Shown piece after piece: positions 38,920-52,717 of a DNA stretch of 64,000 bases; positions within the stretch are counted from its first letter, which is position 1; every line of letters starts with the position of its first letter. The notes beneath the pieces were generated by a model, which made no database searches, had not been told where the DNA came from, and saw only the letters and a list, made by a program, of their open reading frames with translations. Origin of the DNA: Octopus sinensis. Its lineage: Eukaryota. The translations under genes were made by a program, and so were the position numbers. The stretch spans positions 59,334,001 to 59,398,000 of the forward strand of contig NC_043010.1 in the NCBI RefSeq assembly GCF_006345805.1, in the 5' to 3' direction.

Positions 38920-39415
38920 CTAAATGACCTTTGAACGTTGGGCCTCACAGAGGCAATGGCAAAAGACAGAAACCTCTGGAGGTATGCTGTGACGGAGAAG
39001 ACCCAGCAAATAAAGTGATTTCATAGCTGTAACCTACACCAGTGTAGCATGACCAGCCCATCCAAAAGTACCTTGGATCGTAGGGCGACATGCTGTGCTT
39101 GAGGAGACCTAATAGGTCAAGTACATCAATATCAAATCAAATGGAAATTGTAGTTGTGACCCCCATGCTGGTGGCACGTAAAAAGCACCATCTGATCATG
39201 GTCGATGCCAGCTCCTCTAACCCCTGTGCTGGTGGCACATAAAAAGTACCTACTACACTCTCAGAGTGGTTGGCGTTAGAAAGGGCATCCAGCTGTAGAA
39301 ACACTGCCAGGTCAGATTGGAGCCAGGTGCAGCCTCATGGCTTCCAAGACCCCAGTCGAACCGTCCAACCCATGCCAGCATGGAAAACGGACGTTAAACG
39401 ATGATGATGATGATA
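38920..39415 (+). mobile_element. RTE 3' tail joined to family 2 repeat ending in (GAT)n
   Basis: GACCTTTGAACGTTGGGCCTCACAGAGGCAAT matches the RTE ends at ~59560 and ~61570. Confidence 0.7.
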
Positions 39416-39731
39416 AATAAGATTTTTCAGTCAAAAGAATTCATGCCATTATTCTTAATGAGATTCAATAGTTTAAAGTGTAGGATCATATGTATATATT
39501 TCCATAGCAATGAAAAGAATGAGGTTATTTTTGTTGTGAATTCTCTCCTATTCCAATATATTTTCAAAATAAATGTTTAACCAATTGTATTAAAAATGTT
39601 ACCAAATGAAAACAAGGACAATCTTTCTCTGTCTGTCATCAGTATTTGAATGTATTTTGCTAGACTTAACTATTAGAGCCACTAATAACAATTATTACTA
39701 CTACTATTACCACTGTGAGGGATCTTCTTTG

Positions 39732-40080
39732 TAGTTAGTTAGTTAGTTAATTTGGCTCAAAAGCAAATAGCAAGGCCATGTAGGGGGACATGGAGTTAAG
39801 TACAGGGTGGTGTTCATGTAAAGAGTTCAGGCCACTTGAGGTCCAGGGAGGCTTTGAACAAAGCGGTCGTCGGCATCTTTACCATCTCGTCTGGCAGCTT
39901 GTTCCACGGATCCGCAACCCGGACGGAGAAAGCTCCTCTCCTTCGATTGAGATGAAATCTTCGCAGGTAGAGCTTTTCGGAATGACCCCCACAGCCGACG
40001 CTCTAGAAATAGCCTCCGGGTCTTTCAGAAAAGATCAGATGATCACAGCTAGAATGCCTGTGGTCATACTTTTGCTCTGT
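39732..40080 (-). mobile_element. CR1-like LINE 3' end with (TAAC)n tail
   Basis: Minus strand encodes the RVADPWNKLPD-type C-terminus. The same 54-bp tail is repeated at 42655-42708. Confidence 0.7.
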
Positions 40081-40676
40081 TAGGGTTGAACTGGGAGTTA
40101 ACGACAGAAACCTTAAAAGACCAATACTGGTATAGACACCAGTCTCTATAATGTGTAGCAGTTGCATTTCATTTTTCTTGTGACTGATTTCATTTTCTGT
40201 GTAACCCATAGATGACTAAATAAAAGACACGTTGAACGGAGCTGAGCTCTATTCAAAATAACTTTATTTAAGAAAAATTAAAAGAACAAAAAAGGAAAAA
40301 GAACTTTCTGTTTTGCAGAGTAATCATTGATTTTTACTGTCATTCTAAACAGACACTCACGCAATCAATAAAACAAACAAAGAAAATAAAAGCAGTGTCT
40401 GCTTTTTTGGTGGTTGGATATGTGCAGAAAAATTTGAAAAGGAAACAAATAAAAGGAACAGATCATTAGAACTGATTGTAAATATTATACAAGCATGGGA
40501 GCAGTTATAATCTAAGTAAAGTCTAATCTGAAATAAGGGTTGAGTTTCAGAAATGAGTAAATTAGAGAAACTGTGCTAAACATACAATGTGTAAGAAAAT
40601 TAATTATTATAAAGATAACAAAGTTATACAAATATATTCTGAAGGTGTAATTGACAAATATATAATATTTTAACAC

Positions 40677-41028
40677 AGGCGCAAGAGTGGTTGTGTGGTA
40701 AGTAGCTTGCTTACGAACCACATGGTTCCGGGTTCAGGCACACTTGGGCCGACCAAAGCCTTGTGAGTGGATTTGGTAGACAGAAACTCAAAGAAGCCCG
40801 TCATATATATATATATATATGCATGTGTGTGTGTCTGTGTTTGTCCACCTAGCATTGCTTGATAACCGATGCTGGTGTGTTTATGTCCCTGTCATTTAGC
40901 GCTTCGGCAAAAGAGACCGATAGAAAAAGTACTGGGCTTACAAAGAATAAGTCCTGGGGGTCGATTTGTTTGACTAAAGGCGGTGCTCCAGCATGACCAC
41001 AGTCAAATGACTGAAACAAGTAAAAGAG
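40677..41028 (+). mobile_element. tRNA-derived SINE, family 1 (plus orientation)
   Basis: Reverse complement of the copies at 585-976 and 41286-41660. Confidence 0.8.
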
Positions 41029-41285
41029 TTTTTAATTTTTGATGAAGCATAAACTACTTTTTCTGCAATAAGTCTGTTGTTTGCTTACTACACTTTTTTC
41101 TTTTCTTCGAAACTGGAGGGTGTTCAGGGAAATGGAAGCTGTCCTCACATTAGCTTTTACTACATCTGGATGGATAGCAAGACCTTTTGATCAATTATGT
41201 CTCAGCCTGCTGCTTTATAGTGATAATAATGAACAATCAATTCTATCAAAACTTAAATTTGTTAACATCCACTTTTTGTTATCTC

Positions 41286-41496
41286 TTTTACTTGTTTCGG
41301 TCATTTGACTGTGGCCATGCTGGAGCACCGCCTTTAGTCGAGCAAATCGACCTCAGGACTTATTCTTTGTAAGCCTAGTACTTATTCTATTGGTCTCTTT
41401 TGCCGAACCGCTAAGTTACGGGGACGTAAACACACCAGCATCGGTTGTTAAGCGATGTTGGGGGGACAAACACAGACACACAAATGTATACACACG

Positions 41497-41532
<36 letters not shown>

Positions 41533-41660
41533 CGATGGGCTTCTTTCAGTTTCTGTCTACCAAATCCACTCACAAGGCTTTGGTCGGCCCAAGGCTATAG
41601 TAGAAGAGACTTGCCCAACGTGCCACGCAGTGGGACTGAACCTGTAACACAGCCACTCCT
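41286..41660 (-). mobile_element. tRNA-derived SINE, family 1
   Basis: Colinear with 585-976. Confidence 0.8.
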
Positions 41661-41779
41661 ACGCCTATCTATAATAAATCACTTATTATTAGCGTAATAT
41701 ATATAAGTTCACAAAACGTTCTTAATTCACAAAAGTTCTCATAACATTTATAATTTGGCAAAAAATTGTTACATTCTCT

Positions 41780-43100
41780 GTTCATTTATTTCTTAAAATA
41801 CTGTCTTCTATGAAGTGTCAAGAAGTCTCATTGCTCTTTAGCAACCTGGTCACTGACACACTTACTGTCAGTGACCAGATTGCAGAGGTATTTTAAAACT
41901 TCTTGACCCTTCATTGTAGACAGTATTATTAAGAAATGAATATAAAGTGAATACAACAGATTTTGTGTTCTTAAAAGGTTAAAAATTACTCTTCCACCAT
42001 GTGACTGTTTCGGTTCCACCACACAATCTCAGATTGAATCTGGTGAAGCAAGTACTGCTCCAAAATTTATCATTAAGTGGCACATCGTTAATCTGCATGT
42101 CACTCAATGAAGGACTTACTATTATATATGATTTGTTTCTGAGCCTCTGACCAAATCATTCTATATTTTTTGTTTCATACATGTTTGAACTGAGATAATT
42201 CCTACCTCACACTTTTTTTATATGATTTCAGAACATGTTTCCTACACCAGAGAGTCAAAGGTCTTCATCGAATTGACAATATTTCCTCCAAAGAATTCCA
42301 ATTACTCAGTAAACTGTGGTAAATTTATGTTTCAAATATATTAAATGTATTTTCGAATGTTTGATTCACTGAATAAAAATCAGTGAATCTTTAAAACAAC
42401 AAGTAAAGCTCTGTTACGAAGGACACTGGAGAAAACGTTCAATACAGAGAGAGAGAGAGAGAGAGAGTAGAGAATTGATTTGGTAAAGATGGACAGACAA
42501 CATAGGATTCAAAGGTTTCTCTATTAATGAAAATTATAGTTCTGTTAAATAATGCTTTCATGTTAGACACATATTAAAAAGGAATGATGAAGGCTAATGA
42601 TCTTAAGAAGCCTAAACCAGTGGAATACCCAGACTTCAAAACTTTCAGTTATATGTTAGTTAGTTAATTTGGCTCAAAAGCAAATAGCAAGGCCATGTAG
42701 GGGGACATGATACACATGCAATGCTCCTTTTGAAGCTAGTAATGGAATGGCATAAACATTAGAGGAAGAAATATCAATAACTTCTGAGATTTGTAAATGA
42801 AAATATTTATGACTGGGGAAAGTTACATAATTATTAATTTTAAATACTGTAAGGGTAAAGGCAAGATATTTCATCGAGAAAAGAAAATGCAAATATTGGT
42901 ATATCTAAGAATATGGGAGAGAAGTAACATCAATGTGACCAACATAGCACTTGGGTTAGAATAAATTTGTAATCAATTCATTATAGAAAACTGAGAATTC
43001 AAAATAGACGTAGTCTTGATACTTTACATTAAATGAAAAAACTGACCTATAGACGGCTACATCTGACTAGTTTTTTGTAAGGTCTTTAAACCCCCTTTTA
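41780..43100 (+). pseudogene. Probable ancient protocadherin relic (unit E)
   Basis: Ordered short matches to unit C: TGAAG..TCATTGCT..TGGTCACTGACA (EC4), CCAAAGAATTCCAATTACTCA at 42288 (FTKDTFQFL), ACAGAGAG (LDRE), TAAAGATGG (VKD.G), AATAATGCTTTC at ~42548 (NNAF) and ATGACTGGG at ~42809 (MTW). Confidence 0.5.
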
Positions 43101-43222
43101 TGTAATAAAGGTTTGGTAAACCATTGAATTATTTGGAGTTGAGTATTCAGGTAACTGAGTTGTATAAAATGAGAGAAAAATGGAAAGTATTTCAAATGTT
43201 GAGATCTAAAGCAGTTCATACA

Positions 43223-43257
<35 letters not shown>

Positions 43258-43260
43258 ATA

Positions 43261-43271
43261 TTCCTTTGAGG

Positions 43272-43303
<32 letters not shown>

Positions 43304-43314
43304 CCTCAAAGGAA
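43261..43314. repeat. Perfect 54-bp palindrome centred on (TA)n
   Basis: TTCCTTTGAGGT-(TA)n-ACCTCAAAGGAA. Confidence 0.9.
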
Positions 43315-45380
43315 ATACAGCTCTTTTAATTTATCAGAGGAGAGTATTCCATAATGAAAATTATTTCAAAAGGAAAGAAATAGAATAACAAAACAAAAAC
43401 AAAAAAAGAAGCAAAGACTGATATACATATGGAAGAACAAGAATTAGGTCAGAATGCCAATAAAATGTAACACAATTATTAAAAGCACAACAGAGAGAAG
43501 TGATAAGTTGCCTGGAGCTGACCTCAGGTGCAAATGATATTCAAGTGATTGATTGAACATATCTTCCTTCCTCCAGCGATGATTTGTGTTTACAGGAGAT
43601 AAAAGCCAAGTAATGGTAGTCTACTCTGATTTTCTTTTTTTTTTTTTTTTTGTCTGCTTTACAAAATTCATCCATTGAAATATAAACTCTGAACATTATT
43701 TGCTCTACTATATCTAATTTATTTTGGAATATGCAATTCCCAGAAAAATTTGAAGTTTTCACTTATTGACTAAAAAATAGAATGCTTAAATTTTCAATAA
43801 ATAGACACAAAACAGTAAAACTAAGTGGAATTCTAGTTTTTGTTTCCATGTGTGATGCTTCATGTTATAAATAAAACAATGGATTAATGTCCATAATAAT
43901 AACTTGGCAATTTTACATACCAGTCCATTTGTATTTCAGAGAAAAATTTCTTTGTGAACACTCAATATTTAACAATGAAAAAGAATTCCAACCTGGATAA
44001 TCATTCATAAATTTTATTTACTTTAACTGACATTCTCATTTGTTTTTTGCTGGGGTTTTTATTATTTTTTTTTTCCTAAACAATATACATATTTTCCGTA
44101 AAACTTTTTCTTGATATGTTTACTGCAATAGGAAATACATTCAACTTATTGCTAATCAAATGTAGCCGACATTGAATGTTGTGTTTTTTTTTGTTGTTTT
44201 TTTTTTCTTTTATAAGGATTCAAAGTAATTTAAATGGATTAGCTCAATTTATATATTCACATTTTTAAATCTTATTTTATACAGATTCTGAGTTTATATT
44301 GCTTATGATGGGTTTTTTTTCTTTTTTTTTTTTCAAATGATCTCTTGCCTGAAATTTGAGATTCACTCAAATAATTCTTAAGCTACTATCATTCATTTAT
44401 ATTTAAATATTTTCATATCAAATTTACTTAATCAAGACTCGAACACTGTAAAAATATTGCACTGGATATAGTCTGTAATGTTCGGTTGAATTATAATAGT
44501 GTGACATGAAAAAAAAAGACCATAATTATGTTTTAGTCAGGTTTTCATGTGTACATATTACCTGTGGTGTCTTTCCTATTTAATTCTTTTTTAATAAAAT
44601 ACAAATTAAAGTTAACTGTGTTTTATCTTTCCTAATGAAATTACAATCAAACATGAATTATTGTGAAAATTTCCAGAATCTAAGAGTATTGCTATTTATA
44701 TAAGTGTATCATTCAATATCTAAAGGCATTGTACAAGTAAACAAAGAGAACAGCTGAGTATTAAAGGATAAAGTTTGCAAAATGGTGCAGCTGTGCCAAT
44801 ATACATGTGAGATGAACAGACACAACACTTGTTGGTTGCAAAAGTACTGTGTTGATAATGGAAGGTGGCTGTTAACATGGAAACAACAGCAGAACATACA
44901 AATGAAGCAGAATTATGTAGTACACATCAACTGAATTTATGGTACCATGGAAAGAAAAATGATATTAAAACAGTGATGATGATAATCTCATGTTTTCAAA
45001 TTTGCTTTTTATGGATGATAACTAGAGAGAGAGTAGCAAATATTTCTGTTAAATATTTTATTTGGGTAAAGTAAGGAAGATTGTGTTGTCTTATAAACTG
45101 AAATTGACTAAAAGATGTATTGGACGTATGGTGCTTTTTATGTGCCACTGGCACAGGAGCCAGCCAGGGCAGAAGGGATGGCATCAACCATGTTCAGATG
45201 GTGCTTTTTACGTGCCATGGTACAGGGAACAAGTCAGGTGGCACAGGCATCAACCCACGCACAAATGGTGCTTATTGCGTGCCAGCAGCACGGGAGCCAG
45301 TCAGGTGGCACTGGCATCGGCCACAGCTACAATTTCCATTTGATTTTACTTGACTCTGTAGGCCTCTAATTTTAATTGTA

Positions 45381-45780
45381 ACTAGCTGTATCGCCTGGCA
45401 TTGCTCAGGTTTGTTTCGCCCCTTTAGAATTGGAATTTTTGAAAAGTAAAAATGTTGCATTATGTAGCTTGTTATTCTCTTTAAGTGAACATTTTTCTGG
45501 TTGAAATACACCAAAAAATGGCAACACAGCACACAAAAAATCATAAAAAATAAGGATTTTCATAGAAAAAAAGCACCTTTTTTCATGTAAATAATTTTTG
45601 GTGTTAACATGGTCTGATTTGAATTTTTTCTTCTATGGAAGGAAGAGCAAGCCTTCTTCTATCATACTCTCAATTTTGGTCAACTTGTGCTGCAGGATCT
45701 CGGAGGAGATAGTGTTAGTTGAAGGCTACCAAACCTGTCATACACAGACAATTTCAGCTTTATATATATATATAAGAGAT
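45381..45780. mobile_element. Non-autonomous Helitron/Helentron-like repeat
   Basis: Begins ACTAGCTG..CGCCTGGCATTGCTCAGG (short hairpin) and ends CACAGACA...TATATATAAGAGAT, a layout typical of such elements. Single copy here. Confidence 0.4.
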
Positions 45781-47140
45781 TAAAAACTCCCAATCTTTTA
45801 ATATTGTATTTAAATAATCAGAAACAAATTCAGATGATCCCAATTATGATTCTATAAAATTACTAAATGCTGAGGAATGGAATCCACCTGGAAAGTTGTA
45901 CATAGTTAGAAGTAATGTGACTTCCTCGAACTGTAATATATTATGTATGAAATGTAAGTACATTTTTAAGGAAAGTCAGGTGATCGGGGAAACTAAATTG
46001 AAACGAGATATAAACAATTATTGACAAAAGGTTTATGGGATCAAAAGGGAGTGTTTTGTCACCTTTGACGAAGAAAATATAAATCACTGGTCAACATAGA
46101 ACCAAACATCAATTAAATCATTTTATAACAGTTTCATTCTATTTTATTTCAGGCATTCATGAAAGATAACTTCATTGGATATTTGATTCTGTGCAAAGTC
46201 CAATGGACAAGGGCCCAGGAAGAGGAGGTGCACTTGCACTCTCTAAAATTTTGTTGGGGTGCAATAGCTTTCTCAGGCTTAGGAAATAGTGTTTTAGAAT
46301 TGATCTGTAAAAGGTTGGTTGAAATGAGGTTTCTTCACAAAACAAGAACAAAGAGCTAAAATAACAAAAAAGAAAACCCCACAAAATCCCTAGAAAAATA
46401 TATCACTGAACTAAAGCAACCTCAACAATAAAATTAAAATTTCTCTCTCCATTTGTTACAAAATACTTCACTTTACCAAATAAAATCACTCATCCAAAAT
46501 GTACAAATAATAATACTACAATTGGCAACACTAAACTTTTTTCTGTAAGGAGGCTATTAAAGATAGGAAACAAATATCACAGCAACAACAAACCAGTATC
46601 ATTACACAGACATGTGGTGGCCATTTATGATCTCACAATAGTAAGTGAGAAAGATGAAAAAACTGGAATTGCAGCTTAGATCAAGATTTAAGTATAACTT
46701 CTCTATTTACATACATAAAGCATTACATGAAGGAACAGTCTCGGCACAAATTGAGAAAACCACCAATTTGATGTTATATGCAATTGTTAGGGAACAACTT
46801 GTACAATTTCAAACTCCCAGCTTTTGGGCTTTGAATGTTTTGCTATATTGTGCCACAATAACTGTATGACAACAGATGTGAATAAAAGGTACCAATCCAT
46901 AAGATACTACTGAGCCAGAATAGATATAGCCCTCTAAAATAACTGACAGGCTCTGGAAAAGATTTGAACAAAGGGACAGTCATCAAATGCAAAGTGAAAA
47001 AATGAATTCACAAACCACCAGCTACAGCTACATGATAGATACTCCAAACTGTAAGGGAGATATCACCAAGAAGCACTCACAAGCAAACAGACCAACCTCA
47101 AGCTCAAGCTATGAGTGGTAAGAGAAAAAAACTTTGTTAC

Positions 47141-47483
47141 TGGAAAAAGATTATTTGCCATCATAACATGGCAGTCCTGGTTTAGGATGGACGTTGCCAC
47201 CTCTAGCCAAACCATTATTCTGTGCTGATGAAGGGAAATAACCTGGAAATCGTGATATGCAAATATTGTTTTGAGCTGAGTGAGGGTTCTAGATTCCCTT
47301 GTTCGAAAATATAAAGACACAGATTGTGTCACATAGCCAGCTGGAGACGATGTCTCCTGGGGCTAAATTACAGCAACATTCATCCTAAACCAGGACTGCC
47401 ATATTATGTTGGCAAACAATCTTTACTCCAAAGTACTGTAGCTGAATATCTCACGTCGTGAGATTTACAAATAGTAATTTTCT
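47141..47483 (+). mobile_element. Penelope-like repeat with hammerhead-like motif (47210-47270) and inverted terminal segment
   Basis: 47141-47189 is the reverse complement of 47381-47430. Second copy at 25571-25797. Confidence 0.6.
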
Positions 47484-47499
47484 AATAAACTACAAGTTT

Positions 47500-48780
47500 G
47501 TTCAAAACCCACATGTTGTATATCAGTATGAAAGATTACACCCTCAAGGTTGTAAATGTTCTACTCCAGAAACAACTGTCATCATTGTGGCAGGGAAACA
47601 GATGTAAGCAAGGAACACAATCATGATGCGATATGGTTGAAGGAAATTATGAAGAAAGTCCTGCATAAATGCCTCTCCCAAAATATATATCACCTGTGAA
47701 ACCCTCATAATGATTATCACAAAACTACCAAATGGAAAAACCATCTGGGAGGGACCTGATGGTAGGCGATTGGTACAGATTGCTCACATTCAACAAGGAA
47801 ATTCTCAGACTTCATATAAGACAACAACATCAACTGATCTGGTGATGGTTATGTTCTGGTAACAAGGGACATAGCTATGAAGTCTGAGCAAGACAAATGC
47901 GTATATGTGATGGTCAACCAAGGAAAAATTGTTGATCAGCTAGAGAACATGAATGTGAATGGCTTCCCTATCTCGTCTCCATTAATTGATGAAAGTGTTG
48001 CATACATTTGTGCTGTGAGTAGAGCCAGAGCAACGAAAGAATACTTCAGTAGATTCTGAAGAATATGTAATTCAGTGCTGAATTGCCTAAGACCAGATCT
48101 CAAGGCTTTTGTGATGCCAGTGCTTGTACCAACTGGACATTTAATTAGATCCACAGCCTAGACATCAAAATAAGACAGATACTGACCACCACTGGTAATT
48201 TCCACATCAACTGAAACACCAACAGAATCCATGAAGTTGAAGAGATGGTGGCAGGGGCATAAGGTCAGTCCAAACAGCCTCAGCCTTCGAGTATCACTCA
48301 AACAACACTGCTGAACAGTAAAGAAAGAAACAATTATGACTGATGTGTACTCAAAAGTGAGAACAACATCTTCAGAGTAGAGAAAGGACTTCTGAGCAGG
48401 TGCACTAAGTGTACAGCTGCCTCACATGACCAAAAAGGAAGATGTAACAACAATCTGATGCAATCGCAACAAACCCGATATTGTTTTGTGGGACAAGAAA
48501 CAAAAGTCATGCACTACTGAAGAGGTCAGCTGACCAACATGGTATGCGAACCATCAAAAGCTCAAGAAAAAGAGAGAACCTTTATAGTGAACTAATATGG
48601 AACTTACAGCTTTTGTATTCTGGCTATAAATTTTCACCTGCACCGATCATCATAGATGCATTCAGCTATGTAACTCTGGATTTGCCCTAAAACCTAGACA
48701 TGTTAGGATTTTCTAAGAAAGAGCAAAAACAACTGATAAGCCTCTTCCAAATCCAAATATTGGTGGGAGAGTGAAATTTC
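47500..48780 (+). mobile_element. Decayed REL-endonuclease non-LTR retrotransposon (R2/R4/NeSL-like)
   Basis: KPDIVLWDKKQK at ~48472, followed by YSEL..NL..LY.GYKF...PIII.A..YV, matching the PD-type restriction-like endonuclease C-terminus. Confidence 0.6.
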
Positions 48781-49039
48781 GTAAGAACTTCCAAAGGTTC
48801 TACGTCTGAGATACTTTAGAGAAATATATGCACACAATTGGTATGTGCAGTTTAACTCGCACTCTGCCGGTTTTGACAACGAGGGTTCCAGTTGATCCGA
48901 TCAATGGAACAGCCTGCTTGTGAAATTAACATGCAAGTGGCTGAGCACTCCACAGACACGTGTACCTCTAACGTAGTTCTCAGGGAGATTTAGCATGACA
49001 CAGAGTGTGACAAGTCTCGCCCTTTGAAATACTGGTACT

Positions 49040-49295
49040 ACCGAGGCAATGTGCACCGATGAGAGCACACTCCTGCAGCTCTGAAATCCTTTCTCATCCT
49101 CCTTACTCTCCCAACCTCGCAACATGTGACTTTCACCTCTTTCCAACCATGAAGTCCTCTTTTGAAGGGGAAGGACTTTTTGGATGATGATGAAGTTATT
49201 TCAGAGGGAAAGTCTTGGCTCCAGACGCAACCTACCAACTTCTACAGAAGAGGTCTTCACAGCTGCATAAAGCAATGGAAGAAATGTGTCACCAT
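49040..49295 (+). mobile_element. Mariner transposase C-terminal fragment
   Basis: HPPYSPNLATCDFHLFPTMK...FYRRG...WKKCV. Confidence 0.75.
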
Positions 49296-49379
49296 TGGTG
49301 GTGGCCATTGTTTATTCCAGTCCTTGGGAAGTGGGTCAGGGGAAATCTTAATGAACACCCCTTGTATATCACATAGGTA

Positions 49380-50080
49380 GATGGGGACACCTGTATGACC
49401 ATGCTTGTGGCTAAGTCGGTCTGCCTTTGAGAATCAGTCACAACCACACTGGTCACACAAAGAAACTCTTTAGTAGCCTTTTCAAAGAGAGAGTTCACAA
49501 TACACTTACATTTCATCCGGTGTATGCAACCATGTTGTTCTCAAAGATCTTTTTAGGTGTTATCTTTGTAATTGTCTCTTTAAGATTGTCTTAGAAACAC
49601 TTGTGTGGCTTGCATTGGAGACATTTTCCTTGTGCCAGCTCACCATATGGCACCCGTTTTGGCATGCAGGAGTCTTCTAAGTGGACAAGATGACCAGACC
49701 ATTTAAATTGGTGTTCTGTAACCATGAACTTGATACTCGTCGTTTTTGCCAGCCGTAGTACTCTCGTATCACACATATTAGATCACGATGGGGCCTTAGG
49801 GTATTGCACAAGCATCACTGATGGGATTTGCTTGAAACCCTGGATATGCTTGCGGTAGGGTTTCCAGGTCTGACATTCATACATCAATGCCTTTAAGACA
49901 TCTGCTCAATAAACCTCAACATTTGTTGCTGCTTTTATGTCTGATTTCAACGAGAGCCCCAATTCAAACTTCCCAAATGCATCACAGACCCAAGGAAGTC
50001 TACAACTTCTTTTGTCAAGTGTATTAAATCTAGATAGTGTACAACCAAGTTAGACAAATGTCTACCTTGGTAGCAACACA
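49380..50080 (-). mobile_element. RTE-like LINE 3' fragment
   Basis: [26 protein letters not shown] related plus-strand fragment lies at ~57190-57600. Confidence 0.65.
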
Positions 50081-50232
50081 GCATTTTATCCTTTATCTAT
50101 ATTGTGAGTGGAATATATGGCTTGCCTGATGCTGTTTGTAGCTTTCTTAACTCATTCCATGCAACTGAAAAGCAGTCCATTAGAGCTGTAGGTCTTCTTC
50201 AGTTTAAGTTACAAGATCGCAGCCATCAGCAT

Positions 50233-50264
<32 letters not shown>

Positions 50265-52717
50265 TCTATTTATCACACACTTAATTTCGAATATTCTTTT
50301 TGCAAAACAATATAAACTTATTTGTAAGTTTATCTTATCTTACAAACAATATAAACTAGCAGGAACTGTGAAATTTCCAGTTTTATAAATAATATTATCT
50401 AAATTTTGATGCACAAATTTATAAATGTATTTATAATTAAACAACATTGTTTAATTATGTTGAAGATTTTAATAATGCCTTTGATTTCATTCCACAGTCA
50501 ACGCTGTTAAGAGCATAATACTCAAACATATATATATATCTAAAATCAAATTGTGTCTTTGACTTGATTTCATTGTTTATCAGTCAGTTGTTGTTGTCTT
50601 ATGAATGTTGTGTGTATAATAGATCATGGCTTTGATTTCATTCCATAGTTAGCATTTCTTTAAAGCATTGTATTTGTAGATCATAGACTGTAGTAAAACA
50701 AAATATAAATAAAATCATGAGTAGTGTTAGTCCTGTGGTTGTCAAATAACGTATACGAAAGAGGATTCAACATTTTAAGGGATAAAAAATTTCAAGAGTC
50801 ATCTTATTGATTTCTTTTATCATAAACTTCACAACAAAATAAGCCACACCCAACCAGGTGTGTCTGCTTGTAAGATTAATAGCATATTCTAATTCTATTG
50901 TATCACACATAGAGAATGAAATTTTAGACAAGTAAAATAATCTATAAATTTCCATATAAATAATCTTTTGTGTAGTCACAATCTGTTTGAACAATCTAAT
51001 ATTTAATATATAGATTATTTATAAACATTTTTTTCAGTACTTAATTTGATAACCACTTCAGTTTACAGATAATATATCTTTTCGAGACTAGGTTCAAGGC
51101 CCATTATATTTACAGAAGCTTATTATTTTATTCACTATGGAAAAGCAAAAAGCGAAACACACTGAAAGGATTTGAACTTAGAAGTAGGAGACCACAATGT
51201 AAATATTGAAAGGATTATAGATTACAGATTATATGCTTTGCTTTTCTATCAGCTCTACCACCTTTAGTTATAGATAATACTGACCCATTTTTTCTTTTAT
51301 TTTTTATAGGGTTTATTCATTGAACAGTGGCCATGCTGAGGCATCACTTCTAACCCGTATCAAATCCAGTACTAATTTTTTTCAACTTCTATTTCTGACA
51401 TCACTAGGTTACATATTTGGCATTAGAAAAAAAAACAAAAACAATTTAACACACCAGTTTGCACCAATAAATAAATAGATAAAAGATTTCAGTTATGAAC
51501 AGAAAGATAAGTAGGTATATTGGTGGGTGATGGATTTCTGCAGTTTTCCTCTATCAAATTGCTCTCGCAAGATTTTGGTCAACCTTTAGGCTACAGTGTT
51601 CCACAGAAAGCAACCAAGCCTGGAAACATGTAGTGAACCGCTTAACCACTTGACTACACCTAATGGAACTTATTTATATTTTAAGAAAGTTTTAGTAAAG
51701 TTCCCCTCTCTTTTTAAAATCTTTGAAAATCAAGTATATATCTCAAATATGTTGACATGGGTCTTTTTATAAAGATGTACATAAACTAAGAAAAAAAAAA
51801 CATATGCTATAAATTTAACTCTTGCCCTTTTAATTTTCAGTGTTGTTGTTGAGCTCCATGTAAGTCTTTGCTCCAGCAGGGCTTTCATCAGACCTTTGCT
51901 CAAAGTCAATGGCTTTTATTCAGCCACTGACTTATATTTCTTTGCTGCGGTTGTTGCTGTTGTTATTTTGTCCCAGATTAGTTCTGAGCCAACAAATATC
52001 TGATAAAGACATTCTAACCATGACTATTCCATCTCTTATTCAAAGCTAGAACTATATTATCCAATAGCTTCCATTTTTAAACGTCAGAATTGGCAGAATC
52101 ATTTGGTGAGGAGACGAAATAGACCCTGAAGTATTTATTCTGACTTCTTGCTCTTACATTCTCAGTTCAAATCCAGTCAAGATCAGCTTTACTTCTCAGT
52201 TTTCGAGAGTAACTTAACAAGTCTCAGTATAACGGGGTGAACTAGAGAAATTACTAGAGCATCAGATGGGATACCTTGTGGTATTTGCTCCAACTCTTTG
52301 CATTCTGATTTCAAATTCCACTGTCTCCAAACTGGGTGTTATACCAATCCATTGCCTGGTTTAGAACCAACACCTTGTCCTTTAATACTTCTAATGTTGC
52401 AAGCATTCATGCCAGTCTCCAGTTCAAAGATACCTTCCTCTCTTCTGTCAGGCCTTATAAATGGTCATGAGTACTACCTTTCCCTCCTGATCAAGCAATA
52501 AAATAACTTTGAGAGAGACTTGGCTGCTATATCTAGCAGGCCAAATAATCATGTAGAGGTTTCCCAATTCATTGTTTGCTGACTTGATAGACTATATATT
52601 TAAAGTATTTCAACTTCTGTGATATAATTAGTCTGTGGGTTTTACTAAGTGTTACCTAAATTACAAACATCAGCCAAGTTTTGAAAGGATAAGTTAATAT
52701 AAATTCTTTTAAAGCTA

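Noticed and set aside
50479-50690. Imperfect direct repeats CTTTGATTTCATTCCAYAGT
   Set aside because: A small local duplication with no further structure.
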